The notes under the pieces are model-generated. The model searched no databases. It saw nothing but the letters and a program-made list of their open reading frames with translations, and was not told the DNA's origin. This document shows, piece by piece, positions 10,681 through 21,400 of a stretch of DNA of 64,000 nt; position 1 is the first letter of the stretch, and the number at the start of each line of letters is the position of its first letter. Where the stretch lies: the NCBI GenBank assembly GCA_965197905.1, contig CBDAOB010000003.1, positions 96,001 through 160,000 of the forward strand. Reading direction: 5' to 3'. Source of the DNA: Candidatus Latescibacterota bacterium. GTDB taxonomy: Bacteria > Latescibacterota > UBA2968 > UBA8231. Position numbers and translations under genes: made by a program.

Positions 10681-11811
10681 TCAGAAGAACCAGTACTGGC
10701 CGTGCTCGGCGAATCGCTCTTTTGCCACCTGCACGGCGTCGGCGTCCAGGTCGAATCCGAGACCGGGCCGTTCCGACACATCGAGTTGCCCTCGGTTTGG
10801 CACCAGCGGTGGTGAAGCGACCAGGTCGCGCTCGAGCAGCTGACACATAATCTGGTTTCCGTCGTCGAGATTGCGGATCGTCGCCGCGACCTGATTTGCG
10901 GCGCAGGTAGTGATACCGGTCTCATGGACGACGCCGTGTATGCACACGTTCAGTCCGGCGGCTTCGGCGATCGCAGCGGCCTTCTTGAAACCCAGGAGAC
11001 CACCGGTTTCATGGGGTCCGATGACGATCAGATCGGCGGCCTGGCGACGGCACACCTCGTAAACATCACCAAGTGTCAGCACACTCTGGTCCGCCGCGAT
11101 CGGTACGTCGACCGAGCTTTTTACCTGACGCAAAGCTTCGATGCTGTCATTGAGTGTTGGCTGCTCGACAAACTCCGGCTCGTACTTCTGTAGCTTGCGA
11201 ATCATCCGGACCGCGGTGACCGGATCCCAGGCTTCGTTGGCGTCGAGTCGCAAACGCCGGTCGCCTATCACCTGGCGAACCGCGGCCACATTCGGCAGAT
11301 CGGCCTCCTCGCCGCGGCCAACCTTCATGTAGAAAACCTCAAACCCTGCATCCACTGCCTGCATAGCGGAGTGCGCGAGCTGTTCGGCGTTGTCGCCCTG
11401 AGGAAAGGCAAAGTATGAAATCTGGCGATGCACGGCGCCACCCAGCAGCCGATGCACCGGCTGTTGGCACGATTTGCCGATAGCGTCCCACAGCGCCATT
11501 TCGAGGCCGGACCAAAACCGATTGCGAAAGCGGCAGGTCACATTTAGAAAGGTCGCACTGCTGGCGCGCTGGAAGAGACGCTCTATATCGAACACCGGTT
11601 CGCCAACGAACAACGGAGCGAGTGCTTCGTAGGTTTTCTGCAGCCCTTCCACGGCAATGAAACCGCAGGTTTCACCAACACCGACTATGTTCGCATCGGT
11701 TTCGACCTCCACGAGCATCGACGTAGCGCCGCGTCCCGTAGCCGAGCTCATGAAATATTGCTGATGGTAGGGTAGGGCGAGGGGTGTGGTGCGAATCGCG
11801 GTGATTTTCAT
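10681..11811 (-). CDS. Mandelate racemase/muconate lactonizing enzyme family protein
   Basis: GVGE, EMALWD, YMK, LDANEAW, EQP, ADQS, PGLG. Confidence 0.9.
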   Translation of the reverse strand: MKITAIRTTPLALPYHQQYFMSSATGRGATSMLVEVETDANIVGVGETCGFIAVEGLQKTYEALAPLFVGEPVFDIERLFQRASSATFLNVTCRFRNRFWSGLEMALWDAIGKSCQQPVHRLLGGAVHRQISYFAFPQGDNAEQLAHSAMQAVDAGFEVFYMKVGRGEEADLPNVAAVRQVIGDRRLRLDANEAWDPVTAVRMIRKLQKYEPEFVEQPTLNDSIEALRQVKSSVDVPIAADQSVLTLGDVYEVCRRQAADLIVIGPHETGGLLGFKKAAAIAEAAGLNVCIHGVVHETGITTCAANQVAATIRNLDDGNQIMCQLLERDLVASPPLVPNRGQLDVSERPGLGFDLDADAVQVAKERFAEHGQYWFF

Positions 11812-12074
11812 GATTCCAGGCGGTTAGAGGACTGGCCAGTTGCCGCGGGTTAGCTTTACGGAGTGGCACCTTGCCGACTCATCAGTTCGCGCCGATCTTG
11901 TCGCGTTTTGCGAACAGGCGGCTAAAAAATTATGGACCAGAAGGCGTTGGTCAAGCGGAGCGTCGAGCTCTCTTGCCCCTGATTTCGGAGGCGCCTATCA
12001 TACGAACGTTCGGCCCTCGGCGGCTTTCGCGCCGGTCAGACAACAGATTGCAATTTTATAAAAGGAGCGCACCA

Positions 12075-13235
12075 GTGGCAGATCCCCGTATCACCCAGCT
12101 CGAAACCATTTCGTTCAGCTACGAGAAACGCAACCTCGGTACCGATTATCATGGATTCAATCTTGTCTACGAAGAAGGTGCCGTGCAAACAGCCGGCGGT
12201 ACCATACTGCTGGTGCACACGGACGCCGGTGTAACGGGATGCTCTCCGTTCTTGTCGACGCTTGACGAGGCCGTGTTGCCGCGCGTCTGGCCGTTCCTGA
12301 AGGGACGGAACGCCCTGGAGCGCGAGTTCATCTACGACGAGATCGAGCGCGCCCAGCGACAGCAAGCACGCATTGGAGTAGCGGCAATCGATGTGGCGTT
12401 GTGGGATCTGGCCGGGCGTCTGTTCGAGCAGCCAATCTACCGCCTGCTTGGCGGCTGGAAACAATCCGTACCCTGCTACGCCTCCACCTACCATGGCGAC
12501 GAGAACGGCGGGCTCGACAGCCCGGAGGCGTATGCGGAGTTTGCAGTTGAGTGCAAGGAGATGGGCTACCCGGCCTTCAAGATCCACGGTTGGGGCAACG
12601 CTCCGGTGCGACGGGAGGTCGAAAACGTTCTGGCTGTGCGTCGGGCAGTGGGTGACGACATGGATCTCATGCTCGACCCCGCGTGTGAGCTGCGGACGTT
12701 CGGTGATGCGGTCAAGGTTGGGCGCGCCTGCGACGACGCGCGCTTCTATTGGTACGAGGATCCTTTCCGAGACGGCGGTATTTCCCAGTTCGCGCACCGC
12801 AAGCTACGGCAACTCATCCGCACACCGCTGTTGCAGACCGAGCATGTCCGCACCTTGGAGCCGCACATCGATTTCGTCCTGGCCGACGCCACCGACTTTG
12901 TCCGAGGTGATATCGGCTACGACGGCATCACCGGTGTCATGAAGCTCGCTCACGCCGCCGAAGCCCTCGGCATCGATATCGAATTCCACGGTCCCGGGCC
13001 GGACAAGCGGCAATGCATGGCGGCGATCCGCAACACCAATTATTACGAGCTTGGTTTGGTGCATCCAAAGACGCCCGCCAGCAACATGCATGGACTTTAC
13101 GTGGACTACTCGGACGCCCTGGATGCGATCGATGAGCGCGGGCACGTCCCGATACCGAACGGTCCGGGCCTCGGGGTAGATATCGACTGGGATTGGCTGA
13201 AGGCACACGAGACCGGCCGTCGGGTTCTCGATTGA
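12075..13235 (+). CDS. Mandelate racemase-like enolase superfamily protein
   Basis: GTG 12075 after AAAGGAG; DVALWD, FKIH, MLD, WYEDP, QTEH, GPGLG. Confidence 0.9.
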   Translation: MADPRITQLETISFSYEKRNLGTDYHGFNLVYEEGAVQTAGGTILLVHTDAGVTGCSPFLSTLDEAVLPRVWPFLKGRNALEREFIYDEIERAQRQQARIGVAAIDVALWDLAGRLFEQPIYRLLGGWKQSVPCYASTYHGDENGGLDSPEAYAEFAVECKEMGYPAFKIHGWGNAPVRREVENVLAVRRAVGDDMDLMLDPACELRTFGDAVKVGRACDDARFYWYEDPFRDGGISQFAHRKLRQLIRTPLLQTEHVRTLEPHIDFVLADATDFVRGDIGYDGITGVMKLAHAAEALGIDIEFHGPGPDKRQCMAAIRNTNYYELGLVHPKTPASNMHGLYVDYSDALDAIDERGHVPIPNGPGLGVDIDWDWLKAHETGRRVLD

Positions 13236-13239
13236 GGCC

Positions 13240-14163
13240 ATGACCGAATTCACTTGGTACCAGAACGGGGACTGGATCCCCCAGAGCGAGTTCACGCTGG
13301 ACCCAGACGACCGCGGTCCAAGGTTGGGCGACCAGGTAGTGGACGTGGAGAGAACATTCGGCGGCAAGGGCTTCAAGCTCAAAGAGCACATAGACCGGCT
13401 CTATAAGTCTCTCGCGCATGTGCGCATCGATCCGGGGCTCTCCCCCGAAGCGATGCTCGCGATCACCGAGGAAGGGATTCGCCGGAACTGGACCCTGGTT
13501 GCGGATGGGAGCGATCTGAGGATTACCCAGCTCGTAACGCGGGGCCCGGGCTCGGGGAGGGCGTGGGCGGCAGGACCTCCGAATGTATACGTCAAGTTTG
13601 GCGAGAACAACATGGCCAACTGGGCCCACCATTATGACGAGGGCGTGCACGGAGTGATCACCAAAATCCGCAGCTATGACCCCGACAGCATCGATCCCAA
13701 GGTCAAGCACCAGAGTCGGATCAACATGGCACTGGCAGAGCTCGAGGCCAACGACATGGATCCGGGCGCCTGGCCGATCCTGTCGGACAAGGACGGCAAT
13801 CTCACCGAAGGGTCGGGTTATAACCTCTTTATGGTTGAGGGAGGTGCCCTCCGCACCCCGACGGACCGCGCCACACTGGCCGGCATATCCCGTGACACGG
13901 TTATCGAGCTGGCCGGGACGCTGGGGATATGTGCCACCGAAGAGGATCTCCAGCCGTACGATCTCTACACGGCTGACGAGGCGTTCTTTTGCAGCACTCC
14001 TTTTGCGATCTTCCCCGTGCCTCAGGTGGACCGCCGCAACATCGGCGGCGGAAACCCCGGCCCGGTAACGCAGCGGCTCCTGGCGGTGTGGAGCGAGTTG
14101 GTCGGCGTTGACATTGCCGAGCAGGCCAGGCAGCAGGCTCTGCGGGCCGCGACGGTCCGTTGA
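13240..14163 (+). CDS. Class IV aminotransferase (BCAT/D-amino-acid type)
   Basis: HIDRL, DPKVK, TEGSGYN, LAGISR, ADEAFFCST. Confidence 0.9.
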   Translation: MTEFTWYQNGDWIPQSEFTLDPDDRGPRLGDQVVDVERTFGGKGFKLKEHIDRLYKSLAHVRIDPGLSPEAMLAITEEGIRRNWTLVADGSDLRITQLVTRGPGSGRAWAAGPPNVYVKFGENNMANWAHHYDEGVHGVITKIRSYDPDSIDPKVKHQSRINMALAELEANDMDPGAWPILSDKDGNLTEGSGYNLFMVEGGALRTPTDRATLAGISRDTVIELAGTLGICATEEDLQPYDLYTADEAFFCSTPFAIFPVPQVDRRNIGGGNPGPVTQRLLAVWSELVGVDIAEQARQQALRAATVR

Positions 14164-14211
14164 GCCATCGACGGGATTCGCAACGCATGCCACGTTTGCC
14201 AGAGCCAGCAC

Positions 14212-15015
14212 TCACAATCCCTGAATCCACGCCGCATTCTCCGCCAATTCTCGCACATCCTGCGGCCGGCTTATTTCGTACATGAATACTCCGTCATAGC
14301 CGATGTCGCCCAGCGCCCGGTTCACTTCTTGCCAGGCGATGTTTCCACGTCCGGGCAGCAGATGCTCGTCCAGCTCACCGTGATTGTCGTGCAGGTGGAG
14401 TGTAATCAGATGCTCCCCGATCGCCCGCAGCGCCGCAGCCGGGTCACCCGCAAGGTTGCGGTGGCCAACGTCGATCACCACGCCTACGTTTGGCGCCCCG
14501 AGAGCCTCCATGAGCGAGAGGAGACGTTCCGGCTCGCAGGTATAACCTCCTTTGCCCATGTTTTCCAGCGCCAGCCGCACGCCAGCCGCAGCCGCGTACT
14601 CGGCTACCTCCCCCACGTTCTGCACAAAAGCAGCCAGCTTTTCGGGTCCTTCCTCTTCATCCGGCTCGGGGATGGCTATATCGTGAGTCACGAGGATACA
14701 ACCCCCTAGCTCGGCGGCCAGGTCCACCGCCTGCTTGTGATCCGCAAGCGCCTTGTCGCGCTGGGTCAGATCGAGGTTCGCCAGATCGCTTGCTGGATCG
14801 CGATGCTTCATGTGGATATGGATAGAGTTGAGGTGAAAACCCATGTCGCGTAGCGCCCGCTGGAGGAAGGCGCGAAAGTCAGGGTCTTCGTACGCGAAGT
14901 TGGGGTGATAGTCGCACAGCTCCAGCGACTCGATACCCTCTACGCGAAACCTCTCCAACACCTCGCTGGTCAGAGGCTCCTGCTTGAACGGAATGGTCGA
15001 AGCGCCGAGTCTCAT
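14212..15015 (-). CDS. Sugar phosphate isomerase/epimerase (xylose isomerase-like TIM barrel)
   Basis: ALENM, DVGH, LHLHDN, DEHLLPG, FMYE. Confidence 0.88.
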   Translation of the reverse strand: MRLGASTIPFKQEPLTSEVLERFRVEGIESLELCDYHPNFAYEDPDFRAFLQRALRDMGFHLNSIHIHMKHRDPASDLANLDLTQRDKALADHKQAVDLAAELGGCILVTHDIAIPEPDEEEGPEKLAAFVQNVGEVAEYAAAAGVRLALENMGKGGYTCEPERLLSLMEALGAPNVGVVIDVGHRNLAGDPAAALRAIGEHLITLHLHDNHGELDEHLLPGRGNIAWQEVNRALGDIGYDGVFMYEISRPQDVRELAENAAWIQGL

Positions 15016-15017
15016 AC

Positions 15018-15812
15018 CTAGTTCAGATCGATGGTCATACCATCGTCCGCGATAAAAACACGGTCGCCAACGATAGCCCGCGCTTTTTTGTATTCACCTT
15101 CGGCGTCTGCAAGGATCGCTCGACCATGATGAAAGAATCCCAAGCGCCCGAACGGCGCATTGTTGTCCATCAAATAGGAACACACCTCATCAACCTGATG
15201 GTGGCCGGTTTCCATGATAAAAAGGTCGCAGCCTTCGTCAATGAGTGGCATGGCTTCGCTAACGTGTTTGATGTCGCCTGAGGAGACGATCGATCTGCGG
15301 GCAGTTTCAATGCGGAAGGAAAAGGATTGCCATGGGTGCCCAGTGGTTGGGTCACTCAGGTGTCCGTTGTGCAGTGCGGTGACTTTCAAACCTTCGATAT
15401 CAACGATGGTCCCATCTACATAGGTCTGTGCGTCGGGTTCAAAGGGTAGGATGAGTGTGTCGGCCGGCCCCTGGAGCACATCGAGAGCACCCTGCCACAC
15501 GCGAAGACTGGGAATGCGAACGGGAAAGGTGCCGCCGGCAATGCTGCGGGCAGGATCGTCATTGCGGCTTTCGAGTTTCCGAAGGGTGCCCAACAGATTG
15601 ACCAGGCCTCCCACATGATCGAGATGGCAATGCGAAATGCAAAGTGAGCGAATGGCGAGGAGGTCGATGCCCATTAGGTGTGCGTTGTAGGAACATCCTT
15701 CGCCGGCGTCAAACCAGTAAACACCGCCACCGTGTTCGATGACATAAGATGTATGAAAGCGATCCGGCATCGGCTCGGTGCCGCTGCAGCTGCCGAGAAA
15801 CGTGAGTTTCAA
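15018..15812 (-). CDS. MBL-fold metallo-hydrolase (RNase Z-like)
   Basis: FLGSCSG, FDAGEG, SHCHLDH, SGD. Confidence 0.85.
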   Translation of the reverse strand: MKLTFLGSCSGTEPMPDRFHTSYVIEHGGGVYWFDAGEGCSYNAHLMGIDLLAIRSLCISHCHLDHVGGLVNLLGTLRKLESRNDDPARSIAGGTFPVRIPSLRVWQGALDVLQGPADTLILPFEPDAQTYVDGTIVDIEGLKVTALHNGHLSDPTTGHPWQSFSFRIETARRSIVSSGDIKHVSEAMPLIDEGCDLFIMETGHHQVDEVCSYLMDNNAPFGRLGFFHHGRAILADAEGEYKKARAIVGDRVFIADDGMTIDLN

Positions 15813-15939
15813 TGGGTCCTCCCGTGATAATACCTAGACAGCTGACCGCTATTCCATTGACCGGGCACAGATATCGCGGTATTTGACCTGACCGACACCG
15901 AACTTATAATGGGCGTCAACCCAGGCAAGGGGCGAAGGA

Positions 15940-16893
15940 ATGACTTCACACAACTTCAAGCTCGGCATGTCTCTCCCCGAGCCGCAGCTGCCGTTCGAAA
16001 AGGCCCTGGATCTGGCCGCGGAGCTGGGGGTCAAGTACATCTGGCACTTGTGCAACGGCGAGCTCAACGGAATGGCCGGGGACAAAGCCATCGTTGACAT
16101 GACGGAGGCCGAGATCGACGCCATGCAAGCGCAGCTGAAATCCCGCGACCAGGAGTTCTTTCTGCTGCTGAACAGGCCCCATTTCAAGGGTATCTACCTG
16201 GCGGATTTCGACCTGGACAACATGGAAGAGCACCCGACATTCAAGCGGGACTTTGACGAGCTGAAACGTACCATGGAAGTCGCTGCCTACCTGGGCGTTC
16301 CCGCCGTCAATGCCTTTTCCTTTCTGTGGCCTGGCGAGCTGGCTGGCAAGCAGACCTGGCCGATGCGCTGGATGACGCGCGGGGGTATCATATCAGATCT
16401 GGACATGGACAAGCTGGTAAAGGCGTTCTCGCTGGTAATGGAACAGGCCGAGCGCCACAACGTCGATGTTGCTCTCGGGATGATGCCGTGGAACTATACC
16501 AACACAACCGGCAACTTCCGTCGCGTCGCCGAGCGTGTCGGCTCCCGCCGCATGAAGGTGATGTGGGGTCCGGCCGACAACACCAACTGTGGCGAAAACG
16601 ACACCGCTACCGCCGGTTTCAAGAATATTCGTCCCTATCTCTACGGATTGCACATCAAGGACCTGCGCGTAAACGACGGTCTAAGCCTCGATTTCGAATA
16701 TTGTCCATTCGGGGAAGGGGACACCGACTACCTGACCGTTTTCCGCAATCTGCGAGACCACGATTGCGACGTCTTCGTCTCCATAGCGAGCCATTTCCAA
16801 CCACCCGGAGGCACTAACGTGGATGCCATACGCATCAACGCGGCCAATATCAAGAAACTGATCAAGCAGGTAGAGGAAGAGAAGCCGCAGTGA
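15940..16893 (+). CDS. Sugar phosphate isomerase/epimerase family TIM barrel
   Basis: LHIKD, GEGDTDY; some acidic metal ligands look substituted (ALGMM, MWGPAD). Confidence 0.75.
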   Translation: MTSHNFKLGMSLPEPQLPFEKALDLAAELGVKYIWHLCNGELNGMAGDKAIVDMTEAEIDAMQAQLKSRDQEFFLLLNRPHFKGIYLADFDLDNMEEHPTFKRDFDELKRTMEVAAYLGVPAVNAFSFLWPGELAGKQTWPMRWMTRGGIISDLDMDKLVKAFSLVMEQAERHNVDVALGMMPWNYTNTTGNFRRVAERVGSRRMKVMWGPADNTNCGENDTATAGFKNIRPYLYGLHIKDLRVNDGLSLDFEYCPFGEGDTDYLTVFRNLRDHDCDVFVSIASHFQPPGGTNVDAIRINAANIKKLIKQVEEEKPQ

Positions 16894-16948
16894 CGGAGAT
16901 GGCTACTGATGAGACGCGAAGCTGCAACCCTAGGAAAGTGAGACACTG

Positions 16949-17953
16949 ATGGCAGACAAAGTGAGAGTCGCATTGATCGGCGCGGGGGGCATGGGCATGA
17001 ATGTCCACCTCCCTTGTCTGGCGAGTTTGTCCGATGTCGAATTAGTGGCTGTCTGCGACGTGGTAGAGGAGAAGGCGCAAGAGGCTGCACAAGAATTCGG
17101 CATCCCTCTGAGTTTTTCCGACTACAACGAGATGCTCTCCGCAACCGATCCCCAGGTGGTCTATGCCGTATTGAGACCTCAGGACCTCTACGAACCGGCA
17201 GCGGTGGTCCTCCGGCAGGGGCGGCATCTCTTCGTCGAGAAGCCGTTGGCGATGACGGCGAAACAGGCACAGATGTTGGCTTATCTCGCCCACGAGCATT
17301 CCTGCCTTACGGCGGTGGGTTTTCAGAGGCGGCACATCCCGGCGCTCACGGCGCTAAAGCCGCGGGTCGAGGAACAGGGACCGATCCACCAGGCAACCGT
17401 GAGTTTTCTCAAGGGGGGGCAGCACTTTCCCCTCGACAAGCATGCCGGCCTCTGGGGCGCCGTGATTGACAACCTGACGGTGGATGGAGTTCATGCGGTG
17501 GACAACCTGAGATTTCTTTGCGGTGGTGAAGTGGTAAGTGTGGCGGCCCATGTTCGCGCCCGCTACGTGCCGGGGCCAATGCCCAACGAGTTTACCGCTC
17601 TGGTGTCGTTCAGCACGGGTGCGGTCGGTATCCTCAACTCCAGCTACGCTACTCGTATCGGTGTGTTTCGAGCTGAGTTCCACAGCAGGAACATCACCGG
17701 CTACGTGGATGCGAACGGTCAGTCGTTCATCAGGGCTGGTCGAGAAAAGTCGGAGGTGTACGAGTCGAAGGAATTTGGAACTGCAGGAGGAGCACCGGGG
17801 GACAACCATCTGCATTGGGCCGGTTTCTGGCATGAAAACCGGCATTTCATCGATTGCGTGAAAGAGGGACACCAACCATTGACCCACTTTGCCGACGCCG
17901 TCAAGACCATGGAGCTGGTGGAGCAGATCCACAAGGTGGGCGCCAGAAATTGA
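16949..17953 (+). CDS. Gfo/Idh/MocA oxidoreductase
   Basis: LIGAGGMG, FVEKP, VGFQRR, DGVHAVD. Confidence 0.9.
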   Translation: MADKVRVALIGAGGMGMNVHLPCLASLSDVELVAVCDVVEEKAQEAAQEFGIPLSFSDYNEMLSATDPQVVYAVLRPQDLYEPAAVVLRQGRHLFVEKPLAMTAKQAQMLAYLAHEHSCLTAVGFQRRHIPALTALKPRVEEQGPIHQATVSFLKGGQHFPLDKHAGLWGAVIDNLTVDGVHAVDNLRFLCGGEVVSVAAHVRARYVPGPMPNEFTALVSFSTGAVGILNSSYATRIGVFRAEFHSRNITGYVDANGQSFIRAGREKSEVYESKEFGTAGGAPGDNHLHWAGFWHENRHFIDCVKEGHQPLTHFADAVKTMELVEQIHKVGARN

Positions 17954-18036
17954 CGGAACAGCGAACCGTCGGTGTGCGCCGGATCGAACTTGGTGATGTC
18001 AAACACGTCAAGGTCCACTACGACGACCGTCTCTAA
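17950..18036 (+). pseudogene. N-terminal stub (MTEQRTVGVRRIELGDVKH...) of a probable BNR/sialidase-like gene
   Basis: TTG overlaps the upstream TGA; VGVRRIEL resembles VGVRRVEL at the start of stub 47444-47723. Confidence 0.55.
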
Positions 18037-18209
18037 CGTCGTCCGAGTCGCGTCCTCCCTTTAATCCTCGCACATACCTGGCCGGGCGTCTTCGTTTGCA
18101 GAGTTGCCGTGAGAGCCGCATGGTTCCAACGACTCGATGACTGTGGCTCTCAACGCCGAACATCACCTCAGCGGCTCCTGCCTGACGAATACGACTCGAC
18201 GATGGTCAT

Positions 18210-18231
18210 AATTGTGTGTTCATGCGCCATT
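18210..18231. promoter_or_regulatory. Putative enhancer (UAS) for the sigma-54 activator
   Basis: AATTGTGTGTTCATGC matches AATTGAGTATTCATGC (23731) at 14/16; 117 bp upstream of the -24 GG. Confidence 0.6.
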
Positions 18232-18285
18232 AACAGAATCCAGTGTGCTGATCGATTTGGTTAGGTAACTATCTATAGTTAGTAA

Positions 18286-18298
18286 AAACAATAGTTTA
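18286..18298 (+). promoter_or_regulatory. IHF-like site
   Basis: AAACAATAGTTTA vs WATCAANNNNTTR, one mismatch; lies between UAS and promoter in an AT-rich tract. Confidence 0.45.
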
Positions 18299-18325
18299 TG
18301 TAAAAAGCGCAATAGTACGGAATAT

Positions 18326-18341
18326 CGGCACGTAACTTGCA
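18326..18341 (+). promoter_or_regulatory. Sigma-54 (-24/-12) promoter of the cyclase operon
   Basis: CGGCACGTAACTTGCA vs consensus TGGCACG-N4-TTGCW; GG-N10-GC. Confidence 0.8.
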
Positions 18342-18416
18342 ATAGTGAATTATTCCATGTAGTTTGCCAGCCCTGAGCCAGGTTGTGACTGGGGTGGATT
18401 GATTTCTTCGGAGTGA

Positions 18417-21400
18417 GTGGCCATGAAGTGCCCAAACTGCAGCTTCGAGAGTCCCGCCGAGTTTTTATACTGCGGCAAGTGCGGCACAAGGATCGATCAC
18501 ACGGCGGCGAAGCGGGGCTTTATTCCGCCCAATCATCCAGTACGCAGCACTCGGGACGCCACAGATTCGGTGGCCCAACAATCAGCAGCTGCTGACGCCG
18601 AACGACGGCAGCTCACTGTCATGTTCTGCGATCTGGTCGGCTCGACGCCCCTCGCCGAACGGCTGGATCCGGAAGAGCTGCGCGAAATTCTGCGGCAATA
18701 CCAGGAAACCTGCAGCAAGGTAGTACTCAGGTTCGAAGGGCACATCGCACGCTATCTCGGCGACGGGTTGCTGGTCTACTTCGGGTATCCAAAGGCGCAT
18801 GAAGATGATGCTCATCGAGCAGTGCGGGCCGGACTAGGAATTCTTGCCGCGATGACTCGACTGCGGATGCGCTTCGAGAAAGAGAAAGGTATATGTCTGG
18901 ATCTGCGTTTGGGAATCCACACGGGCCTGGTGGTGGCCGGAGACATGGACGCCGGTGAAGAGCTAGAAACAATGGCTGTTGTCGGCGAAACTCCCAACAT
19001 AGCCGCACGACTGCAGACTCTGGCCGAGCCCAATTCCTTGATCGTGAGCAAAGCTACCAAGCAACTCGTCGAAGGTTTCTTCAATTGCCGAGGTCTGGGG
19101 AAAAAACAGCTAGAAGGGATTTCAGTTCCCGTCGAGGTGTACGAGGTTCTCGACGAAAGTGCCGTGCGGAGCCGGCTGGAGATCACCGGACCCAGGGAGA
19201 TGGCGCCGCTGGTGGGCAGGGATCACACTGTTGGACTGTTGATGGACGGATGGGAAAAGGCGAGGGAAGGGATTGGTCGGGTAATGCTTATCAGTGGGGA
19301 GCCGGGGATTGGGAAGTCTAGACTCGTTCACGTAATAAAGGAGCATGTTTCAGAGGATCCCACTGCGTGGCTGATGGAATGCCGGTGTTCTCCGTACCAC
19401 CAGCGCACGGCATTCTACCCCATGGTGGATCTCCTTGAGCGGATCGTGCTCAAGATCGGGCACGACGAATCAGCCGCGGAGCGCCTGGCGAAGTTAGAGA
19501 AGCTACTCCTACAGCTCGGGCTGCCGCTGGCCGAAGCGGTGCCACTCCTTGCGGAGCTACTGGCTCTGCCATCCAATGGCAGGTATGAGGAACTCAGGCA
19601 GTCTCCAGAGGAACGCCGTCGCCAGACGATGGATGCTCTTACCAATATCCTGCTGGAGATTGCCAAGCGACAACCGCTGCTTTTCGTGGTCGAGGATCTC
19701 CACTGGATCGACCCGACGACCTTGGAGCTGCTCAATCTGGTCGTGGACCAGGGGCCCAGCGCACGCATTTTCGCACTGTTCACCTATCGACCTGAATTCA
19801 TTCCCACGTGGGCGGGATGAGCTTTCGTGACGCAAGTGGCTCTGACCCGATTGACCACTCAGCAGATTCAGGAAGTGGTCGGCTGGGTTGTGGGCGGGAA
19901 GGCATTGCCCGACATGGTGATGGAACAAGTGGTCAGCAAAACAGACGGTGTGCCACTGTTCGTAGAAGAGCTGACCAAGATGGTGCTGGAGTCCAATCTC
20001 CTAAAGGAGACGGACGACCGTTACGAGCTAGTTGGCCCATTGCCGCCCCTGGCGATTCCAACTACCCTGCAGGACTCCCTCATGGCTCGTCTAGATCGGC
20101 TGGGCGCGGCGAAGGAGACGGCGCAGCTGGGTGCTACTTTCGGCCGCGACATTCCGTTCGAGTGGTTGCGGGCCGTAACCACATTGGACGAGGCTGAGTT
20201 GCAGCGCCATGTCAACACCTTGGTAGAGGCGGAACTGCTGTTTGCGCACGGCGAGGCGTCGTAGGTGTCATACGCCTTCAAGCACGCCTTGATACAAGAC
20301 GCGGCGTACCAGTCGCTACTGGTAAGCACCCGCCAGGGCTATCACGTACGCATCGCCAACACACTTGAGACCCGCTTCCCAGAAATGACCAAGTCACAGC
20401 CTGAGCTCATCGCCCACCATTACACCGAAGCGGGTCTGAGCGAGCAGGCCGTGCCGTACTGGCGCTGGGCCGGCGAGCTTGCTACTGCAAAATTCGCCAA
20501 TCGCGAGGCGATCGATCACTTCGGCAAGGGACTGGGACTGATTCGCGACCTGGAAAAAGCCGACAAGCACGCGCGGATAGAGTCGGAGTTGCAGCTCGGC
20601 ATGGGGTATGCCCAGCATCGGGATGGCCGGACTCTCGAAGCAATGGAAGCTTTCGAAAAAGCCGCGAGATGTGCCAGGGATGCGAAATCGACAGACTGTC
20701 TTGCTCGCGCTGCTATCGGCTACGAAGAGGTGCGATGGCGATTCAACCTGGCAACCGATGTGGGCCGAGAACTCCTCGAAGAAGCCGCGCAGCGATTAAG
20801 TGAGGAAGATAGTATCCTGAGGGCGAGCGTTCTGGGAGCGCTGGCTAGAGAGTTGACGCATGCCGATCCCGAGCGTTCGAGCGCGCTGTGGGAGCAAGCG
20901 ATAAGGCTGGCTCGGCGGGCGGGAGATTCCGAAGCGCTATACGTCGTTCTGAGGGGGAGCCTTTTCGCAAATCGGAGACCGGAAACATTCGCCCAGCAGC
21001 TGGCCGTGGTTGAGGAAGCGATGCAGCTCGCGGTACTCCTGGGCGACAAGGAACGCGAGCTGGACATGCATGGGTTTCTGTTATACCAGCATCTCGAAGC
21101 GGGTGATCTGCAGGCAGTCACGCGGAGCCACAAGACTAGCAATGAATTGCGGAAGGTTGTCCACCTGCCGTTTTACGACCACATATGGATGCTAAACGAG
21201 GTGACGCTCGCATACCTTAGCGGCCGTTTCGATGAGGCGGAGCAGTTGGCGCAGGAAGCCCAGGTTCTCGGTGATAAGATGGAGCTGGACGTGGATGGTC
21301 CGTACGGCATGCAGATGTTCAACATTCGGAGACAGCAGGGCCGGCTGCGGGAGGTGGCACCGCTGGTTGAGCTCTTCCTGGAACAATATTCGTTGGATTC

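Noticed and set aside
19818..19870. Selenocysteine at the cyclase TGA
   Set aside because: The position is a linker where Cys is not expected, and no convincing bacterial SECIS hairpin follows.
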